Assembly (NCBI GenBank): GCA_016204045.1
Contig: JACQLQ010000004.1
Location: forward strand, 100,927 to 164,926
Origin: Parcubacteria group bacterium
GTDB taxonomy: Bacteria > Patescibacteriota > Minisyncoccia > Phycocordibacterales > UBA2135
Direction: 5' to 3'
DNA length: 64,000 nt
Shown here one piece after another: positions 55,281 through 64,000 of the stretch. Within the stretch, counting starts at the first letter, position 1. Each line of letters starts with the position of its first letter. Below the pieces are notes generated by a model. That model was not told the DNA's origin, did not search any database, and saw only the letters and a program-made list of their open reading frames with translations. Made by a program: the position numbers and the translations under genes.

Positions 55281-57026
55281 TTACAACTCTTTAGCTCTTG
55301 CCTTTTTCACTTCCGCGATTTCATTATATTCGCGCGTGAGCGAGGCATACGCACGTAGCGCCTCATTGATTTCACCTATTTCTCCTTTAAGTTCGGCCCG
55401 ATGGAGCTTCAGGTGGGCACTTTCGAGATGCTTTTTGAGTTCCGCTTCACGGAGCGACAAGAGTAGCTCGTCGACTTCGCGCAGAAGCCCCTCCGAATCT
55501 TTGTAGTACATCTCGGCCTCGAAAATCATTCTCTCACGCCCCTTCTCATCAATGGCCTCTAGTATCCCGGAGATAGAAATATCACAAAGATTTTTTACTT
55601 TATCTCCCACTTCAGTAATAGTGACCACTGGCTTTTCACATGACTTTTGCCACAGGACAATGCCGAGTAGTCTCCGCAGTGCGGGATGCAGCGCCTTTTC
55701 ATGAACGACATTAGAAACAACGCTCGGTGTCGAGGCGCTTGTCCTCACCTTTTCTGTTGAGGCCTTCGAGGCTTCCTTCACCGCTCGCCAGACCGGCTCC
55801 GCATCAAGCTTGAGTGCCTCTGCTACTCGGACCACAAAGTGCGCTTGTTCTATTGGGCGGCCGATCTTGGCTATATAGGGCACTACCACCTCTTCGACCT
55901 TGCGGCGAAAGATGTGCTCGTTTGGTGTGTGCTCTTTCAAAACATTAATATAAAACTCTATCGCGTGTTCGCGGGCCTTCAAGATCTCGTGCCATTTGTC
56001 TTTGTCTTCAAGCACCACATCTGCCGGGTCTTTACCTTTGGGGAGACGCGCGACAGAGACTGTGAAGCCGTGTTCAAGCGCAAGGTCGATACCTCGGCGA
56101 GAAGCATTCAGCCCGGCGACATCGGCATCGTATGCGAAGACGACAGTGTCTGTCAGCCTCTTCAAGAAGGTAAGTTGGTCAGTAGTAAGCGCTGTTCCCG
56201 AAGTCGCAATCGTGTTGGTGGCGCCCGCTTGGTGGGAGAGCAATAGATCCATCTGCCCCTCGACCAAGACACAACTCTTCATCTGTCGGATCGCAAGTTT
56301 CGCCTTGTCATAGCCGTAGAGTACTCGTGATTTATGAAAAAGCGGCGTCTCGGGGCTGTTCACATACTTTGCCGCCTTCGGGTCGGCAGCGCTAAAGATT
56401 CTTCCGGAGAAACCAATAACCCGTCCCGAAGCATCGGCGATGGGGAACATAATCCGTCCTCGAAAACGATCGTAGATCTTGCCGCTGGTTGCGCGGATGG
56501 CAATCCCTCCGGTAAAGAGCTCCTCGTCCTTCCACCCCCTACTCTTTAGAAAGGCAGCGGCGTCACTCCAACCATCCGGAGCATACCCCAGACGAAATGA
56601 ACGTATTGTTTCTTCAGTAAGACCACGCTTGGTGAGGTATTCGAGAACATCCTTTGCTTCCAGGAGCTTCTCCGTCCAATGCAAGGTAATGTCTTCGAGA
56701 AGCTCGAAAAGACGCTTGCGCTCATCACTTTCTTCTTTGCTGTGTGCAGTAAGGATTACTCCCGCCCGGTCAGCAAGAATCTTTAAGGCGCCAGAGAAGT
56801 CCACGCCCTCTATCTCCTCCACAAATGTGAAAATATCTCCCCCTTTGTCACACCCAAAACAATGGAACGTTTCCCGTTCTGGAGAGACGAAAAAAGAAGG
56901 AGACTTTTCTGTATGGAAGGGGCAACGCGCCTTAAAATTCCTCCCAGCTTTCTCGAGCTTTAAATACGAAGAGACAATATCGACGATGGAGAGCCGTTCT
57001 TTGATTTGGTCTACAGGAGAAGACAT
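55281..57026 (-). CDS. dnaG: DNA primase
   Basis: Zn-ribbon CPFHTEKSPSF...HCFGCDKGGD, and TOPRIM LVEGQMDLL. Confidence 0.9.
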   Translation of the reverse strand: MSSPVDQIKERLSIVDIVSSYLKLEKAGRNFKARCPFHTEKSPSFFVSPERETFHCFGCDKGGDIFTFVEEIEGVDFSGALKILADRAGVILTAHSKEESDERKRLFELLEDITLHWTEKLLEAKDVLEYLTKRGLTEETIRSFRLGYAPDGWSDAAAFLKSRGWKDEELFTGGIAIRATSGKIYDRFRGRIMFPIADASGRVIGFSGRIFSAADPKAAKYVNSPETPLFHKSRVLYGYDKAKLAIRQMKSCVLVEGQMDLLLSHQAGATNTIATSGTALTTDQLTFLKRLTDTVVFAYDADVAGLNASRRGIDLALEHGFTVSVARLPKGKDPADVVLEDKDKWHEILKAREHAIEFYINVLKEHTPNEHIFRRKVEEVVVPYIAKIGRPIEQAHFVVRVAEALKLDAEPVWRAVKEASKASTEKVRTSASTPSVVSNVVHEKALHPALRRLLGIVLWQKSCEKPVVTITEVGDKVKNLCDISISGILEAIDEKGRERMIFEAEMYYKDSEGLLREVDELLLSLREAELKKHLESAHLKLHRAELKGEIGEINEALRAYASLTREYNEIAEVKKARAKEL

Positions 57027-57079
57027 GCCTCAAGTATAAGGTATCAGGCAGAAAGTATAAAGATGGCACGGCGGCCGTG

Positions 57080-60739
<3,660 letters not shown>

Positions 60740-60757
60740 GGATGTGTTGGGTGGCTG

Positions 60758-63700
60758 TTACTTGTCTCCCTCCTTCTTCTTATCTCCGAGCTCCACATTG
60801 AGCGCGAGAGCGCGAAGGTTGTTGAGTAAGACCTTAAACGACTCAGGAATATTCATCTGCCGCACGTCTTCTCCCTTAATGATTGCGTCAAATGCTTGTG
60901 CTCGACCAAAAATGTCATCGGATTTGATGGTGATGATTTCTCGCAGTGTGTGTGCGGCTCCGTAGCCTTCGAGTGCCCAGACTTCCATTTCTCCAAAACG
61001 CTGTCCACCACTCTGCGCCTTACCTCCAAGTGGCTGTTGGTGAATGAGTGAGTAGGGTCCAATGGAGCGCATGTGTATCTTGTCCTCAACCATGTGGTGC
61101 AGTTTCAAAATGTGCATGTATCCTACTGCAACGTCCTGGGCAAACTTGTCCCCTGTTCGGCCATCATAGAGCTTGACCTTCCCCGTTTCGGGGAATCCTG
61201 CCTTTACGATTTCGCCTTTGATCTCTTCTTCGGTCGGTCCTAAGAAAGGCGGAGTAATCGCCTGATAGCCAAGCGTGTTTGCGGCAAGTCCCAAGTGGAG
61301 TTCCAAAATCTGTCCCAAGTTCATACGAGAAGGGACACCAAGCGGGGTCAAAATGATATCGACGGGAGTACCATTTTCGAGAAACGGCATTTCTTCGATT
61401 GGCAGAACTTTCGAGATGACACCCTTGTTTCCATGGCGACCGGCAAGCTTGTCACCCACAGAGATGTTGCGGAGTTGTGCGACATCGACGTGAATACGCT
61501 TGATGATGCCCGGCTCCAGGTTGTCGCCACGTTCACGTGAGAAGACACGCACGCCGATAATGCGTCCGCGCTTGCCGTGTTCCATTCTCTTTGAGGTATC
61601 TTTCACATCCCGCGCTTTCTCGCCAAAGATCGAGCGGAGGAGTCGCTCTTCTGGGGTCAGTTCCGCCTCACCCTTCGGCGTAATCTTGCCGACGAGAATG
61701 TCGTTTGGTCCCACCTCGGAACCAACCATGATGATGCCGTCTTCGTCCAAGTTCTTGAGCTTCACTTCTCCGACGTTTGGAATGTCGGGAGTCGTCACCT
61801 CGGGTCCAAGTTTTGTGTCGCGAACATCAACGATAAACTCCTCAATGTGAATTGAGGTGAATACGGCATTGCGCACCAAGCGCTCCGAGATAATGATGGC
61901 GTCTTCATAGTTTGAGCCTCCCCACGAGACGAAGGCCGCGAGAATGTTTTGTCCCAACGCAAGCTCACCACCCACGGTAGAGGCAGCGTCAGCAAGGACA
62001 TCACCCTTCTTGACCTTGTCTCCAATAGCCACGATAGGGCGCTGGTGGAAGACGGTAAAGTCATTGGTACGTGAAAAGTTTACGAGACGGTAGTCACGGT
62101 TTTTGCCGTTCTTGTCTTCTATAGAAATCTTCTCTGCATCGGCATAGGTGATAGTGCCGCTTTCGCGAGCAATCACGAGACGTCCAGAGTCAATCGCCGC
62201 TCTTCGCTCCATGCCTGTTGCCACGAGTGGCGCGTGCGGAACAATACATGGAACAGCTTGTTTCTGCATGTTCGAACCCATGAGTGCGCGGTTTGCGTCG
62301 TCTCGCTCGAGAAATGGGATGAGCGATGTCGCGACCGAGAACGGCTGTGCCGCGGCGACGTCAATATAGTGCACATCGGAAGGTGTTACGAAACGCACCT
62401 CGCCTTCGCTTCCCTTGGCGCGCACCTCGACAAGATCAGTCGTTATCGTGCCCGCGTCGTTGTAGCGAGTCGCGGCGTGTGCGATGTTGTAACGCTCTTC
62501 TTCGAGCGCGTTCAAGTACTCTATTTTTTCGGTCACCTTACCGTTCTCTACCTTCGCATAGGGTGTTTCGATGATGCCAAACTCGTTCAGGCGGGCATAC
62601 AAAGAAAGGCGGAGAATGAGACCGATGTTCTGACCTTCTGGCGTCTGAATGGGGCACACTCTGCCATAGTGCGACGGATGTACGTCACGCACCTCGAAGC
62701 CCGCGCGTTCACGCGTTAAGCCACCCGGTCCAAGCGCCGAGAGCGTGCGGAGTTGCTCGAGCTCGTCCAGAAGGTTCTTCTGGTTCATGTGCTGGGAGAG
62801 AGAGTTCGTATTGAAAAATTCTTTGATTGATGCCTGGAGCGGGCGCGGGTTCAAGAGCTGAACCGGTAGCGTTGTGTCCGGGTCAATCGTCGACATGCGG
62901 TCTTGGATGTTGCGCTTGATCCTCGTCATACCAACGCGAAGCCGCTGTTGAAGCGTCTCGCCTACGAGACGAACTCTTCGGACTCCGAGGTGGTCGATGT
63001 CATCTTCCGAGGCGCCTGGTGTATTTTGAAGCGTCAAAACATGCGAGACAATCGTCGCAACGTCATCGAGTGAAAGTGTCTTTTGCTGTTTGCCGCGTTC
63101 TACATCATTCTTATCAAACTGCTTGTTGAAGCGGTAACGACCAACGAGCGAGAGGTCGTACTTTTCGTCACCAAAGATGGAGGCAATAAAGTCTCGAGCG
63201 TGTTCCGGAGTCGCGAGTGTGCCGTCGCGAAGGCGCCTGTATACCTCGACAAAGGAGTCATCTGCACTCTTTGCTGTGTCTTTGGCAAATGACGCAACCA
63301 TATACGGGTGTGCGTACTTGTTGTCCTTGAAAAGTTCGATGAGATCTTTGTCAGTTTTGGCGTTTGCCTTCTTTGCTGTGAGGTCGGCAAAAATGCGGAG
63401 GAGCGATGAGAGCGGGAACTTGCGCTTCTTGTCGATGCGTACGTAGACCGCGCCATCTGGCTCGATCTCGAGCTCTATCCACGCGCCGCGAGCAGGGATA
63501 ATCTTCGCACCAAAGTATTTCTTCCCTTTGGCAAAGTCTGCCGTAAAGGTGACGCCGAACGAACGTGTGAGTTGGGAGACAATAACGCGTTCGTTGCCGT
63601 TCACGATGAAGGTGCCGTGGTCCGTCATCTGTGGCACATCTGCGAGAAAGATCTCCTGCTCCTTGTCGGTCTTCAACATCTTGTTCTTAAGACGCATCGT

Positions 63701-63961
63701 GGCGCGGAGCGGTACTTCAAGTGTGAGTTTGTGCTCCTTTGCGTAGAACTCGTCGCATTTTGGTTCGCCAAATTCAAACTTCAAAAACTCAATGTCGAAC
63801 TTTTTGCCCGAGTAGTCAGATATAGGAGAGAACTCTTTACGAAGTTCCTCCAGACCGTCAGAGAGAAGCCAATCATACGAAGCCCTCTGGCTTTCGACCA
63901 GGTTGGGCATATCGATCATCGGCTTCTTATAGCGAGAGAAGGTTTTCTTTGGCAGAAGCAT
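60758..63961 (-). CDS. rpoB: DNA-directed RNA polymerase subunit beta
   Basis: 1067 aa with conserved beta-subunit blocks. Immediately upstream of rpoC. Confidence 0.95.
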   Translation of the reverse strand: MLLPKKTFSRYKKPMIDMPNLVESQRASYDWLLSDGLEELRKEFSPISDYSGKKFDIEFLKFEFGEPKCDEFYAKEHKLTLEVPLRATMRLKNKMLKTDKEQEIFLADVPQMTDHGTFIVNGNERVIVSQLTRSFGVTFTADFAKGKKYFGAKIIPARGAWIELEIEPDGAVYVRIDKKRKFPLSSLLRIFADLTAKKANAKTDKDLIELFKDNKYAHPYMVASFAKDTAKSADDSFVEVYRRLRDGTLATPEHARDFIASIFGDEKYDLSLVGRYRFNKQFDKNDVERGKQQKTLSLDDVATIVSHVLTLQNTPGASEDDIDHLGVRRVRLVGETLQQRLRVGMTRIKRNIQDRMSTIDPDTTLPVQLLNPRPLQASIKEFFNTNSLSQHMNQKNLLDELEQLRTLSALGPGGLTRERAGFEVRDVHPSHYGRVCPIQTPEGQNIGLILRLSLYARLNEFGIIETPYAKVENGKVTEKIEYLNALEEERYNIAHAATRYNDAGTITTDLVEVRAKGSEGEVRFVTPSDVHYIDVAAAQPFSVATSLIPFLERDDANRALMGSNMQKQAVPCIVPHAPLVATGMERRAAIDSGRLVIARESGTITYADAEKISIEDKNGKNRDYRLVNFSRTNDFTVFHQRPIVAIGDKVKKGDVLADAASTVGGELALGQNILAAFVSWGGSNYEDAIIISERLVRNAVFTSIHIEEFIVDVRDTKLGPEVTTPDIPNVGEVKLKNLDEDGIIMVGSEVGPNDILVGKITPKGEAELTPEERLLRSIFGEKARDVKDTSKRMEHGKRGRIIGVRVFSRERGDNLEPGIIKRIHVDVAQLRNISVGDKLAGRHGNKGVISKVLPIEEMPFLENGTPVDIILTPLGVPSRMNLGQILELHLGLAANTLGYQAITPPFLGPTEEEIKGEIVKAGFPETGKVKLYDGRTGDKFAQDVAVGYMHILKLHHMVEDKIHMRSIGPYSLIHQQPLGGKAQSGGQRFGEMEVWALEGYGAAHTLREIITIKSDDIFGRAQAFDAIIKGEDVRQMNIPESFKVLLNNLRALALNVELGDKKKEGDK

Positions 63962-63965
63962 AAGT

Positions 63966-63995
63966 AAAAAGCCCGTTACTCAAAAACGGGGGCTG
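63966..63995 (-). terminator. Hairpin plus U-tract upstream of rpoB (terminator/attenuator of the preceding minus-strand gene)
   Basis: Minus-strand gcccccgtttttgagtaacgggc followed by TTTTT. This is the classic position of the rplL-rpoB attenuator. Confidence 0.4.
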
Positions 63996-64000
63996 ACGCC

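Overview
Bacterial chromosomal segment of about 50% GC, gene-dense, with short intergenic spacers and many small hypothetical proteins. This looks like a reduced-genome lineage, but the lineage cannot be assigned from sequence alone. Recognisable housekeeping genes are the PriA C-terminus (5'-partial), def-fmt, ndk, hpf, purA, purF, ung, the iscS-like cysteine desulfurase, a DEDD exonuclease, pgi/pmi, a DsbA-like protein, an M48 peptidase, tRNA-Asn(GTT), a cold-shock protein, and the rpoD-dnaG and rpoB-rpoC blocks at the 3' end, on the minus strand. A long run of minus-strand genes spans roughly 19.8-40.7 kb. The most unusual content is: (i) a five-gene co-directional cluster at 21.3-27.7 kb, made of a His-tailed protein, a classic-clade AAA+ ATPase, two paralogous vWA proteins with Lys-rich WKL tails, and a standalone pyruvate-kinase/HpcH-like barrel; (ii) a 610-aa protein with an embedded Pol-beta-type nucleotidyltransferase motif, next to a tightly coupled operon of three tiny proteins; (iii) a ~100-nt structured repeat present twice; (iv) a ~1-kb gene-free, hairpin-rich interval that may hold a large ncRNA; (v) a GC-rich block at 9.2-13.6 kb, probably horizontally acquired, that includes a Gly/Cys-tailed protein encoded by triplet-repeat DNA; (vi) an 11-gene string of hypothetical proteins at 31.9-38.0 kb. 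No CRISPR array, integrase or transposase was seen. Coordinates of internally chosen start codons are best estimates.
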